Assembly (NCBI GenBank): GCA_002269645.1
Contig: NIVC01001186.1
Coordinates: forward strand, 185,293 to 249,292
From: Macrostomum lignano
Lineage: Eukaryota
Reading direction: 5' to 3'
Length of the DNA: 64,000 nucleotides
In this document: in pieces, positions 43,989-56,900 of the stretch
Numbering within the stretch: position 1 is the stretch's first letter
How the letters are laid out: every line of letters starts with the position of its first letter
Notes under the pieces: model-generated
What the model was told of the DNA's origin: nothing
Databases searched by the model: none
What the model saw: the letters and a program-made list of their open reading frames with translations, nothing else
Position numbers and translations under genes: made by a program

Positions 43989-45367
43989 CTCGGGTGATTG
44001 AAATCGGTTTTGCGTCAGGATGGTTGAGATAGACGTCCTGCAAGGTCTTACGGCTCAATTCTTCGACGGAAGTCGCATGACTATATGGCTACTACTCATG
44101 AGAATCTTGTTTTAAGGGCAAAACGCGTTGTCTTCTTTTTTCCTCGGACGAATTCTTTTCTAGTAATAACTTTGAATCTAAACTGAGTCTAAACTAATTC
44201 TAAAATTGGTTTTGACCCATTCGAAAATTGCAAAACTGGTGGCAGAAATATTTTTTACGAAAAATCGGCTAAGTACCTAACATTGTTCTGGGAAATTAAA
44301 AATTTTTCAAATTGTTTCAATTTTTGCATTCACTGATTAAATTTGATTTAATAGTTTTTTTAGTTTCGTTAACTAATTAGACAATCCTATCAATACGTTT
44401 TTTAATTTCATAACCTTTTTTCTACGAGATATTTTTTTAAAATCAATAAATAATTATCTGCTTTAATTTTTACTCATGCATGTAATTGGAATGTGTGTGG
44501 ATATATATCCTACCATTTTAACTGGCCAAATTTTTGTAACAGCTTTAGTTATAAACCTGTGCAAAGAAGCTAATTACAAAAATAGATAAAATTAAATTTT
44601 ACATTAGATAGCTACTGAAATGATTTGACCTAAAGATAAATTTCTTTTAAGAGACAACTTTTTATAATTATTAAAATGTACATACGAGTCAAAGCATTCA
44701 AAAACGATGTCAGCAGTAAAAAACTTTGAAATTTCAGCGATAATAGATGAAATACGCTTGTAGTGTAACGCAAAATAGCTAGTTTTAAAAAAATTGTACA
44801 ATTTTCGGTATTTGTACAATTTACTTTACTCGTAGCAAAGTAATAGCCATTTTTTATTAGTTTAATAACCAAATGAAGTACGTACGAGCGTATTAGCTAG
44901 CTACAAAGTCGCAACAATTTAAAGTAGTCAGTTTAAAAATTAAACCTTTTTGTACTACTGTAATGACATTGTACTAGCTCGTAACAATTGGTTCAATTGC
45001 TGAGATGTCAACTTTTACGGGGGAATAGACTGGGGGCAGCAATTGTCTTGAGCTCTGCCATTCTGGATTAAGTCAAGTGCTCCTAAGCTCAAACTGGCTG
45101 CAATAGCTATATTAAATTGTCACAGTGTACGACTCTGTGCATTGGGTGTAGGCTAACGTGTTGCCGCAGTCGGACTCCCAAACACTACGCAGTTGCTCGT
45201 CCAGCCACTGAGGCTTATGTCAAAAGTGATAGACCCATTGGGCAGATGTGCAGCCGACAGCTCAGCCGCAGCTATTTGCGCGGCGCATCTGAAAGCTGCT
45301 GCGTACGGCTGTTCAGTCCAAAGACTGGGGGGTCGCCACACACCCTCAATTACCCCAGCTAATGCTG

Positions 45368-45494
45368 GCACCAAATTTACAGCTGGGTGAACTGAAGCAA
45401 TGCAGAGTTAAGTGCCGTGCTCAAGGACACAAATTGTTCCGAGTCTGACCTTATTCAGTATTGAGTCTGACGCTCTAACCATTAGGCTATAACC
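45368..45494 (-). mobile_element. tRNA-headed CORE-type SINE (duplicate of 52568 copy)
   Basis: Reverse complement of the 52568 SINE, within the duplicated TLR 3' flank. Confidence 0.65.
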
Positions 45495-45584
45495 TTTAGT
45501 AGAGATGGTTTGGGATCTTCCAGAAAGTAAAGGTTAGCTCGCAATTAATTCAAAATTTTTTTTTCAAAACGATCCCATCCAGCT

Positions 45585-48500
45585 CTAGTCGTCAGACAGA
45601 AGCGACTTCGTCCCTGCGGCCTCGGCACCACGCTCCTGCGACCGTCCCGACACGTCCGCGCCGTCGTACAGCAGCAGTCCCAGCCGGTTCGCGGAGTTGC
45701 TGCCGACTCCGCAGCCGCTGCAGTCTACAATCCGGTCCCGCTTGCACATCCGGTACAGCCGATGCAGCACCTTGCATTCCGGAAATCGCAGCTCGGACTC
45801 GCTCAGCTTCTCCCTCATGACGAGAACGGCCAGAGAGCGGCGGCGCATGAACAGCGACTCGCTGCTCCACTGTGCGCTGTACAAGTTGAGCCTGTTCTCC
45901 AGGAAGCCCCGGCTCAGCACCAGCACGGCTTGTCGGCTCTTGTCGATGGCCGAGGCCGCCTCGTCCAGCATGTTGGACCCGACGGGCGCGTCTCTCTCGG
46001 CTTCGTACAGGCGGAGCCGCAGGTCCGTCTCGAGCTTGAGGACAAGGTCGCCGACCCATTCGGACACCGAGCTGTCCGTCTCGTCGTAGATGAAGCAGGC
46101 GCTGCGGCGGTCATCAAAGTATCAATCAAATTACTGGCCAATTAAGCATTGGTTCCATACCGTCCAGGAGCCTAAAAGCTTTACTTCGCACCTACCATGT
46201 TTTATCATCCAAGTTCGTAGAGCTTACCAATTCAGTTGTACCAAAGTTTTTGGAACAGACCATCTACCAGCTCAACATTAGCCTAAATCCAATAAAGTCC
46301 ATTCTAAAGGGGAATGTTTTTCCATTGAAAGCTACTTGCACAATATCGAAACTCACTCGTAGGTCCATTCGCTCTGCAGCTTCCGCCCTCTCACGAGTCC
46401 GTGCCGAATGCAGAACGCTAGCAGCGCATACCGGAGCTTCCAGCGGTATCTCGAAACCGCGCTGCTCACCGCGAACACAACCATCAGTCCGCCGATCGCC
46501 GAGGACAACACAGCAATCAGCCGTCTGCTGTAGCAGTCCCACCAGGACAGTCGGAAGTCCAACAGCATGACATTGCTGATTGGATGGGACCCGTTAGGCA
46601 TCTTGTTGCACATTGCATTGGATAGCCACGAACCTTTGTTCTCAATCTGGTAGATCGGGTACTGCTGTCTCATCCAGTCAGTAAACTTCACCAAGTCGCA
46701 TGAGCAGACGAACTGGTTACCTCCGAAGAGCACCCTGAGATCCGGCATTCGATTGAAAGCTGCAGGCCTCAGACTCACGATTGGGTTGGCGGCAAGTTTA
46801 AGCACTTTGAGATTCGGTGTCCTCGTAATGAAAAGGTCTGACGAAAATTCGGAGAAGGAGTTCTTCGCGAGGTTCAAGGTGGTTAGATTGGGCATCCGGA
46901 CACTCAGAATGTGTTTCACTTTATCGATGTCGTTTCCTTCCAAGTCAAGAGTTCTCAGTGAGGTGAGATTCGTCAGCATTGACTTTATGATTCCATCGGT
47001 TTGTCTGCCGACTAAACACTTTCTCAAGTTGAGGTGTTGAAGATGTCTGAGCGGTGCGAGGAACCCGTTTGCATGGCACAGCGCCTTCGACAGCATGTCG
47101 TTTTGCGAGAGGTCCAGGTTCGTCAGCTTGTCGCATCCACGGAACCAAGTCTTGTCGACAGTGCACCATGCGTTGTTATGCAGGTTGCTTAGCTTTAAGT
47201 AGGTCAGATTCTTCTGATCCATGAAAGCATCAACAAGTGCAGCAGATATGCTTGCGTAGGACAAATCCAGAGAGCGCAAGTTGGGGAGAATGCCTCGAAG
47301 TGAGGTAGCCTTGACGTCCATGTTGTTGTTCTTCTCCATGATTAGCGTCTCTAGATTGGGCGTTTGTCGAAGAGCTTCTTTGGGAAACTCGTACAGATGG
47401 CAGTTGGTAAGGACTAAAGTTTTCAGTTTGGGTAGACCACTGAAAACATTTGGTGGCAGCAGATTTAACTTTGTGTTGGTTAATGACAGTGTTCTCAGCT
47501 GGGAGCAGTTGAGCAGCTTGTTTGGGTATGACAAGCTAATTGGTGAGTGGCTGATGGATATTTCCCTTATCCAAGGCAAGGACTCGCACAGACGATTGAA
47601 GTCGTCATACGGGAATCCCGGCTTGCTCAGGGAGAACTGGACGGAGAGTTTATTGAAGAGCGCGGGGTCCTTGACTCGGCTTGCAGCTCGCAGCAGCCTC
47701 TTCAACAGCTTCTCATTCAATCGCGAAGAAGAAATCTCGATCGTCTGCAGCTGGAAGTCGGCAAACGGTGACTCACCGACAGACACCAGATGGTAGTTAG
47801 TCATGGAAAATGAGGACAATGTGAACCCTTCGATTTGAGCTGGGGCATCTAGCTGGAATGAACGATCATCACCGTGCAAGCCCAAATGAAGGCCAGATCG
47901 GTTAGCAGTGTTTGTCAAGCTGATGCTGGAGAAGTTTCCATGAGGGAGATTGCCGTAAATTTCGAACTGAAAGCTTGGAGCAGTTGTATTAAATTGGTAT
48001 TTGATTGTCTTCAGCATCGACGGAGAGCTATTAATGGTCACCTTTTTAAGAGACCGAAAGCCAATGAATGAATTCCGACCAAGAGTTGATGCCCGTGATT
48101 TTATCGTGACACCTCTAAAGTACAATTCGGATAAGTTGACGGAGCAGCACATTGTCTCCGACAGTCTACCAAGGTCAGTGACGATGTTCATAAACTGCAT
48201 CTCCAGGTACCGCAGTTTCTTCAGGTGTTTTAAAACCTTTGTTTCTTTGAAGACGTAATTAACCGGAGATCCGAAAGTGAGCTCTTTCAGGTGTTGCCAA
48301 TTCGAGTGCTTGAATAGATCCGCTTGGATTTCAATTTCCCTGCCTTTGGATTCTTTTGAGCAGGAAATTTTCAAATGGGTTACGGGACAAACGTTCGGAT
48401 TGATTGAAGCAGCGATGGCGTTCATGTCAGCCTGATTGAGACAGTTCTCCATCTTCACGCACATGAGATAGGGATCTTTCCTTTCGATTGTGCAGTCGCA

Positions 48501-48587
48501 TTTTGTTGGGAAGCGGCAAGACTGCACAGGCGAAGTTCTGCTCGAAGCGGCGCAGCAAACTGAAAGCAACACAATCAGTTGCCACAT
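45585..48587 (-). CDS. Toll-like receptor B; exons 48587-46357 and 46101-45585, 915 aa
   Basis: Exon 1 differs from TLR-A at only 13 of 744 aa by my alignment; same intron position and phase; TIR exon ends GAEAAGTKSLLSDD*. Confidence 0.93.
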
Positions 48588-49327
48588 TGTCCGATTGGCC
48601 TAGTAAAATTAGTGGCTTTTTAATTCACGCTTATTTCAAGGCTGTCGGAATAGAAAGTTGGCTTTTTTATAGCCATTACTTTCGCGTTATTAGCAGACAC
48701 ACGGTGGTGCTGTGCAGACATGTATATGCATACATTTACGTCTAGTTCAAGGTTAATCGAGGGAGAATGTGTATTTGCGTCTAATTTCTAGCATAATTTT
48801 AGGCCCACAGTAGCAGAATAAATTGCGCACTTCGCTACTTAACAAGCTATACGCAGCTACCTTTGCATATGGCTGGCACAGATGACTAAAAATAAGCCTT
48901 CTAGGCCAATTTAAAAGTCAGGTTTCAGCTAAGTTGACGATTTTTTATAAATCGTTTCGATTGTTTAATGATTTTCTACAAACTTCTTGCAGCACTTCCT
49001 GCCTTATTCGAAATTGGCATACGCGGTCACGTGCTGTACCAAATTGCCCACAACAACATGGCAACTTTGATAGAAATCGATATGAAACTTTAAAATGGTA
49101 GAAAACATGAACGCTTAGTTATAAACAATAATCGGTTGCATTTGAACAGTATAGTAGTTGCGCTGCCTACGCATATGTTTAGGTGAAATTAACGCAAAAC
49201 GCATGACATGAGGTAATACTCGTAAACAACTTGTTTCATCGGATCGAGCATCGCTTCGCGCATTTATAAACTGTTTCTGCCCGTAGGCTAACTCTGTGCT
49301 ACATTGTTGGCTGGACTTTAGCGACGA

Positions 49328-52300
49328 ATGAATTGGTTAACTTGTCTGCTTTTTAGTTGCTTTCTGCTTCTCGTGGCTTCGGGAGCGGACGCCAACAACG
49401 CGGTACCTTGCAGCTTTCCTGAGAAATGCTCCTGCGAGTTGAGGAATGCCGGCACAAAACTCTGGTGCAAAGGCATGCAGAACTGCTTCAGTCAGGCTGG
49501 CATGGACGCACTTGGAGCTTCAATGAATCCTGTAAGTTGTCCAGTGAAAATGGTAACACTCAGCTGCAATAGGGAATCCGTTTGGCCGATAGTTGAGATC
49601 ACATCGGAGCTGTTTCGGCACGAGCAATGGCGGAGACTGGAAGAGTTGTACATCGGCACGTCGTGCAAATTTGTGTTTAGAGAGAAACGGGTCTTGTCGA
49701 ATTTACCAAACCTAAAGTCGTTTTCGCTGCGGAACAACGACTTATCTGCGAATCTCGGCGAGTTCTCCGAAATATTCTGCTGCCCGAAGGGACTGTCTGA
49801 GATTTTAATTGACAGCCTAGGAGCAGAACAAATGGGTACACGATTCGGACAGAGATCGTTTCTAAAGTTGAATGCGTTAAAAAAGTTCACCGTGATCCGA
49901 TCGCCAAAGCTCTTCGATCGATTAGAATTTGTGCTCAACACCAGCTCGCCGGCGTTCTCGTTCCACTGGCACGGCAAGTTGCCGCACTCCAATAAGGAAT
50001 TTTCTAGTCTGTTATTCACGAATCTGGCTAGCAGGAGCAGTCTCGAACTGCTGATTTCGGATGGCGCCACCCAGTTGGAGTTGGACTCGCCTGCTCAGCT
50101 CAGTGGCTTCGATTTCACCAGGCTGGACATCCAGAACACTCGGCTGTCGCGCATCGGAGACGCGCCATTCCGAAACTTCACACTTAAAGACATTTCCATA
50201 ACTGCCGCTGGACTAAATGAAATCATGCTGCCCCAGCTGCTGCGCGCAATCGCCAAAGTCAAGAATCCGCTAGCGGTGAGAACTCTGGCTCTGGAGTTTA
50301 ACTATAAAAAGCGCGGATTTCCGTACGATGAGTTCAACGCACTGTGCAAGGCTCTGCCACTGTTGCGTCGATTGTCATTAAGTCACTCGTCGGTGAGCTT
50401 TGGTCAGTCTGAGCAGTACTTCGACTGTCCTCAGCTATTCCTGCTGTCAATTACGAACTGCAACCTGCAGGACGAGGACATTCCACCGCGAGCATTCGAC
50501 AAATTGACTCGACTAGAAAACATACGGTTAATTAATAACCAATTGAGTACGGTGCCTAAGGACCTGCTCCGTAATTTGAGTCAAATCACCTACCTTGACC
50601 TCAGTCAGAATAGACAACTGAAATTGAAAGCATCTTCGTTTCGGGGCATTTTGCCCAGCCTGCAGACCCTGCGCCTGTCGCGGACGGGCTACACGGAGCC
50701 ACTCACTGATGCATTTGTTGATCAGTCAAATCTTACCGAGCTGCACCTCAATCAACTGGTAGAACTGAGATCCACACGCTGTCCGTTTAGGAAGACTTGG
50801 TTTAAAAACTGTTCTAAACTGAAAACACTTAACCTAGCTGGTGATCACTTTCTGAATTACGGAGAGTGCCATGGCGGTGACTTCTTTGATCCGTTGACTA
50901 GCTTGGAAAGTCTCTCCATAAGCTCCTGCGACTTTGGCCATCAGTCGGATGGAACTATCAAGGCTCTGCTGTCGAAACTCTCAACACTAAAAACATTAAT
51001 GGCTTCCGGCAACAAGCTGGCAAGACTTGAATTCATTTTGAACAGAAAGTTTGAAAATTTAAACCTTCTAGACGTCTCTTGGAATTCCTTCTCAAGCATT
51101 CCAGTGGACCTGATTGCCACAACAACCCCCGCACTGCGCAACCTGGAACTAATGGAGGTCCCTCTAGCCAACATAGATCCAAAAGCATTCGACAAACTGC
51201 CGAAGCTTCGTCTCAGGCTCGGTCGCAATCAATTCAGGTGCGCGTGCAACCTGATGCCATTCGCCGATTGGCTCAGAGAGCAGTGGCCCGTCTATCAGCT
51301 GGAAAGCAAAGGCGATTGGCTGCTCAACGCCATCTGCTACACAGCCTCGAACTCTACCAAGCGAGTGATCGACTTCCGCCTGTCCTGGTGGGACTGCTAC
51401 AGCCGACGCCTGATTTTTATTCTATCCGCATCGATTGGTGGCCTGCTGATTGTGTTTGTCCTGACCGCTCTGCTGTCGCGCTACCGGTGGAAGCTGCGCT
51501 ACACAATACTTGCCTTCGGCATTCGTAACGGAATTGTGAACAGGAAGCAGCAGAACGAATGGACTTATGAGTAAGTTGTGGAGCTCAATAAATACCAATA
51601 ATTGAACGACGGGCTGTTGGCGCACCCTGTGCCTCACACTACCACCGCTGAGGCAATCTTGCCCATTCCACTGACTCCCTCAGCACATACAATCGCTCCA
51701 ATACCGTACACAGGCAAACACTCACACACGCTAACACAGGGTGTACAGCGGCGCTGACTTTCTAATCGGTCAGGCATGCACAGTCTCTGTGCCTTGGGGC
51801 TTGGCCCTCGTGGCTTTGTATACTTGAAATCTCAATTTGCTACTGAACATTTCCAAGCCATTGTTCCTGAATGAAGCCAGCCCTGAGCTCTGATCCCACA
51901 CCTGACTGAATCCACTCCCACCTCCGCAGCGCCTGCTTCATCTACGACGAGACGGACAGCACGGTTTCCGAGTGGGTCGGCGACCTCGTCCTCAAGCTCG
52001 AGACGGACCTGCGGCTCCGCCTGTACGAAGCCGAGAGAGACGCGCCCGTCGGGTCCAACATGCTGGACGAGGCGGCCTCCGCCATCGACAAGAGCCGACA
52101 CGCCGTGCTGGTGCTGAGCCGGGGCTTCCTGGAGAACAGACTCAACCTGTACAGCGCACAGTGGAGCAGCGAGTCGCTGTTCATGCGCCGCCGCTCTCTG
52201 GCCGTTCTCGTCATGAGGGAGAAGCTGAGCGAGTCCGAGCTGCGATTTCCGGAATGCAAGGTGCTACATCGGCTGTACCGGATGTGCAAGCGGGACCGGA

Positions 52301-52476
52301 TTGTAGACTGCAGCGGCTGCGGAGTCGGGAGCAACTCCGCGAACCGGCTGGGACTGCTGCTGTACGACGGCGCGGACGTGTCGGGACGGGCGCAGCAGCG
52401 TCGGGTTCAGGAGTCCGAGACCGAGTCTGATGGTGCCGAGGCCGCAGGGACGAAGTCGCTTCTGTCTGACGACTAG
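49328..52476 (+). CDS. Toll-like receptor C; exons 49328-51570 and 51930-52476, 929 aa
   Basis: Signal peptide, LRRNT CSFPEKCSC, LRRs, LRRCT GRNQFRCACNLMPFADW, TM LIFILSASIGGLLIVFVLTALLS then RYRWKLRY; same phase-2 intron before the TIR exon. Confidence 0.93.
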
Positions 52477-52567
52477 AGCTGGATGGGATCGTTTTGAAAA
52501 AATTTTTTTTGAATTAATTGCGAGCTAACCTTTACTTTCTGGAAGATCCCAAACCATCTCTACTAAA

Positions 52568-52700
52568 GGTTGTAGCCTAATGGTTAGAGCGTCAGACTCA
52601 CTACTGAATAAGGTCAGACTCGGAACCATTTGTGTCCTTGAGCAAGACACTCAACTCTGCATTGCTTCAGTTCACCCAGCTGTAAAGTGGGTGCCAGCAT
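52568..52700 (+). mobile_element. tRNA-headed CORE-type SINE (3' extent uncertain)
   Basis: A-box gtagcctaatggttagagcg, then tgtgtccttgagcaagacactcaactctgcattgcttcagttcacccagctgtaaagtggg, which aligns by eye with the MIR/CORE domain (tgtgaccttgggcaagtcacttaacctctctgtgcctcagtttcctcatctgtaaaatggg). Confidence 0.68.
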
Positions 52701-53939
52701 TAGCTGGGGTAATTGAGGGTGTGTGTGTGGCGACCCCCCAGTCCTTGGACTGAACAGCCGTACGCAGCCTTCAGATGCGCCGCGCAATAGCTGCGGCTGA
52801 GCTGTCGGTTGCACATCTGCCCAATGGGTCTATCACTTTTGACATAAGCCTCGTCAGTGGCTGGACGAGCAACTGCGTAGTGTTTGGGAGTCCGACTGCG
52901 GCAACACGTTAGCCTACACCCAATGCACAGAGTCGTACACTGTGACAATTTAATGTATAGCTATTGCAGCCAGTTTGAGCTTAGAAGCAGTTGACTTAAT
53001 CCAGAGTGGCAGAGCTCAAGACAATTGCTGCCCACAGTCTATGGCCAAAAACTGTGACAGGTGAACAAAGATCTTTGGAGCATTAACTTTGTCCTCTCGA
53101 TTCTGCTGAAGGCTTAACATCTCTCTCTAACCTACAAATCAGTAACAATATGAGCGCTTGCAAGATGAAACTAGCGACACTAGCTATGAAACGGCCCTGG
53201 CCGAGCTGGGTGACTCAAAACAAGCCTCGGTGCCCAAATAAAGACCGATGTTCGCTATTCATTTTCTTGAGCCACACTAAATTCACTTTTAATGCATTAA
53301 ATTTGATCTAATGTAATTGCATACTCCTACAAGTGACAAAGAAGACAAATAATTGAGTCACACTAACATCAATCGTGTTTTATTCACTAGAGTCCTTTGT
53401 CGCATCTGCAGGTACTCAGTTTAAACAGTTTTAATATTTATTATTTGTTAATTTCGGCTATCAATTACACGAACTCGATCGTCCTTGATCTCACTGGCCA
53501 GTCACGTGGCAAGAGGGGTTCAATAAAATTGCTACAGTACCTCCTGGCTTAGCAGTTTATAGTCAGAGAGGCAAGAGCAGCGGAGAAACCCGGAAATGAC
53601 AGGAAGACTAAAAATGATTTTGAATTATTGCGATTTGGAAATAAACAGGTTTAAACATGGTTATCAGTCAGTAGTGGGGGGAAGTTAAGTTAAATCGCTT
53701 TGAACTTTTATAATGAGCTTGATGCGGTTTTATGCTAGCAACTTCCTTTTTGTTAATATTGTTAAAATTGGACGCTTAAAATCGGCCTTCAAATAATTTC
53801 TTTCCAAGAGACATCCATATAATCTAACTTTGCCAATAGTGTTCTAATGAATGCATAGCTTTTGGTTCAATAGACCCCACCCCTGTCAAGGTAGTTCGAA
53901 ACCTCAACCCCAGAGTCGCTCTGATTGGCTGGTGAGCAA

Positions 53940-56900
53940 TTAAAGTTCGTCCTTGGCCGCAGCATCGGCGGGCAATTTTTCCATGAAAGTCTTGACGCCA
54001 GCCTCCGTGATGGGCGCCTCAGCATAGTCCTGGCTCTTCTTGCCGTCACTAAACAGCATGAAGGTTGGGAAGCCTTCGACTTTCTGGTCCTCGCACAGCT
54101 CTGCGGAATAGATGAGGTTTTTAAGGTTGAAAATCCTGCTCTACTGAGTGTCTACTCATCTACTCTAATGAGTGCTTACTCATCTACTCTAATTAGTGTC
54201 TACTCATCTACTCTAATGAGTGCCTACTCATCTACTCTAATGAGTGCCTACTCATCTACTCTAATGAGTGCCTACTCATCTACTCTAATGAGTGTCTACT
54301 CATCTACTCTAATGAGTGCCTACTCATCTACTCTAATGAGTGTCTACTCATCTACTCTACTGAGTGCCTACTCATCTACTCTAATGAGTGCCTACTCATC
54401 TACTCTAATGAGTGCCTACTCATCTACTCTACTGAGTGCCTACTCATCTACTCTAATGAGTGCCTACTCATCTACTCTACTGAGTGCCTACTCATCTACT
54501 CTAATGAGTGCCTACTCATCTACTCTACTGAGTGCCTACTCATCTACTCTACTGAGTGCCTACTCATCTACTCTAATGAGTGTCTACTCATCTACTCTAA
54601 TGAGTGTCTACTCATCTACTCTAATGAGTGTCTACTCATCTACTCTAATGAGTGTCTACTCATCTACTCTAATGAGTGTCTACTCATCTACTCTAATCAC
54701 CCACGCAATGAACCCCCAAGCTCACTCTCGTTAGCCTTGACATCGCAGTTGACTGCCGCCAAGACTTTGCCCTGCGCTCCAACCAGACCTTCGGCCGCTT
54801 TGTCGAACGCGGGCTTGGCCTGCTGGCAGTGCGGGCACCAAGGCGCGTAGAACATCACCAGGACGTACTTGTTAGACTTGATTGACTCGTCGAACTGCTC
54901 AGAGCCCTCCAAGTAGGTCACATGCTTCATCTTGTCCTCGGGCTTCTCAGCTTGCCCACCAGCGGCCGATTCTTCTTTGCCGCTGTCTCCCGGCTTCTTC
55001 TCTTCTTCCACCGGAGTGGGCGGCACCTTCTCTTTAGGCGGGTTGCTGATGAAATCCAACAGCGGTTTGGCCTCAATTTCGTCCTCGAACTCCGCCCACA
55101 TTTCGCGCTTCTTCATCAGTCGGATAGTGGGGTAGCCTTCCACTTTCTCGTCTTCGCAGAGCTCTGTAATATTATGTTATGGTAACAGTGGTGGCGACTT
55201 TAAAGACAGTGGTTGGTAAAACATCAAAGAAGCAAATACAGTGTCGGTAAACATCAAAGAGCCATCAGTGTCGGCAGAGATCAAAGAAACAAATACAGTG
55301 TCGGTAAACATCAAAGAACCACCAGTGTCGGCAGAGATCAAAGAAAAAAGCACAGTGTCGGTAAACATCAAAGAGCCATCTGTGTCGGCAGAGATCAAAG
55401 AAGCAAGCACAGTGTCGGCAGAGATCAAAGAAGCAAGCACAGTGTCGGCAGAGATCAAAGAAACAAACACAGTGTCGGCAGAGATCAAAGAACTTGTCCC
55501 AAATGTCAACAATCCACTCACTCTGGTTGTCCTTCTGGTCGCAGTTGATCGCCGCCAAGATATTTCCTGCCACCGGTTTGGCTTCCAAATCCTTGGCCGC
55601 CTTCTCGAACTTCGGTTTGCTGTCCTTGCAGTGCGGGCACCAGGGAGCATAGTAAAAGACCAGAACGAACTCATGGCTATTTAGGATCTCTGAGTAGTTG
55701 CCGGCGCCCAGGTAGGTCACGCCGGCCATGCTGCGATGGTTAAAACGGATTGAAAAAATTTAAATAATCTGACTAGCTATACTAGGTCCCGATCAAGTAC
55801 TGAAAGTAGTGCGCATTGTAAAAACTAGTATTTATTATGATTATATTAATAAACGATTACAACGTACTGTCCACCTAAGGCAATGTCGTTAACACACCGA
55901 AGACAATGTCGGTAATACACCGAAGACAATATCGGTAATACACCGAAGACAATATCGGTAATACACCGAAGACAATGTCGATAATACACTAAAGACAATG
56001 TCGGTAATACACTAAAGACAATGTCAATAACACATCGAAGACAATGTCGGTAATACACCGAAGACAATGTCGGTAATACACCGAAGACAATGTCGATAAC
56101 ACACCAACGACAATGTCGGTAACACACCGAAGACAATGTCGATAACACACCAACGACAATGTCGGTAACACACCGAAGACAATGTCGATAACACACCAAC
56201 GACAATGTCGGTAACACACCGAGGACAATGTCGATAACACACCAACGACAATGTCGGTAACACACCGAGGACAATGTCGATAACACATCGAAGACAATGT
56301 CGGTAGAACACGGAAGACAATGTCGATAACACACCAACGACAATGTAGATAACACACCAACGACAATGTCGATAACACACCAATGACAATGTCGGTAACA
56401 CACCGAGGACAATGTCGATAACACATCGAAGACAATGTCGGTAGAACACGGAAGACAATGTCGATAACACACCAACGACAATGTCGATAACACACCAACG
56501 ACAATGTCGATAACACACCAACGACAATGTCGGTAACACACCGAAGACGATGTCGGTAACACACCAAAGACAATGTCGGTAATACAGCAAAGATAGTGTC
56601 GATAACACATCGAAGACAATGTCGGTAGCACACGGAAGACACTGTCGGTAACACACCGAAGACAATGTCGGTAATACAGCAAAGATAGTGTCGGTAACAC
56701 ACCAAAGACAATGTCGGTAACACACCGAAGACACTGTCGGTAACACACCGAAGACAATGTCGGTAGCACACGGAAGACAGTGTCGGTAACACACCAAAGA
56801 CAATGTCGGTAATACAGCAAAGATAGTGTCGGTAACACACCAAAGACAATGTCGGTAACACACCGAAGACAATGTCGGTAACACACCAAAGACAATGTCG

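Noticed and set aside
41082-48597. TLR-A/TLR-B as an uncollapsed-haplotype assembly artefact
   Set aside because: The copies are inverted, have unrelated promoters and 3' flanks, intron indels and different C-termini, which fits a real duplication better; reads should still confirm it.
43437-52430. Antisense and alternate-frame ORFs over the TIR exons
   Set aside because: Shadow ORFs of GC-rich coding sequence, repeated only because the exon is duplicated.
43515-52476. Stand-alone TIR-only genes (separate ORFs in the track)
   Set aside because: Each is the second exon of a TLR, joined by a phase-2 GT-AG intron that rebuilds the box-1 YD motif.
53925-54734. 269-aa plus-strand ORF (SAYSSTLM repeats)
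   Set aside because: It is the antisense of the PDI last exon plus a 24-bp intronic minisatellite.
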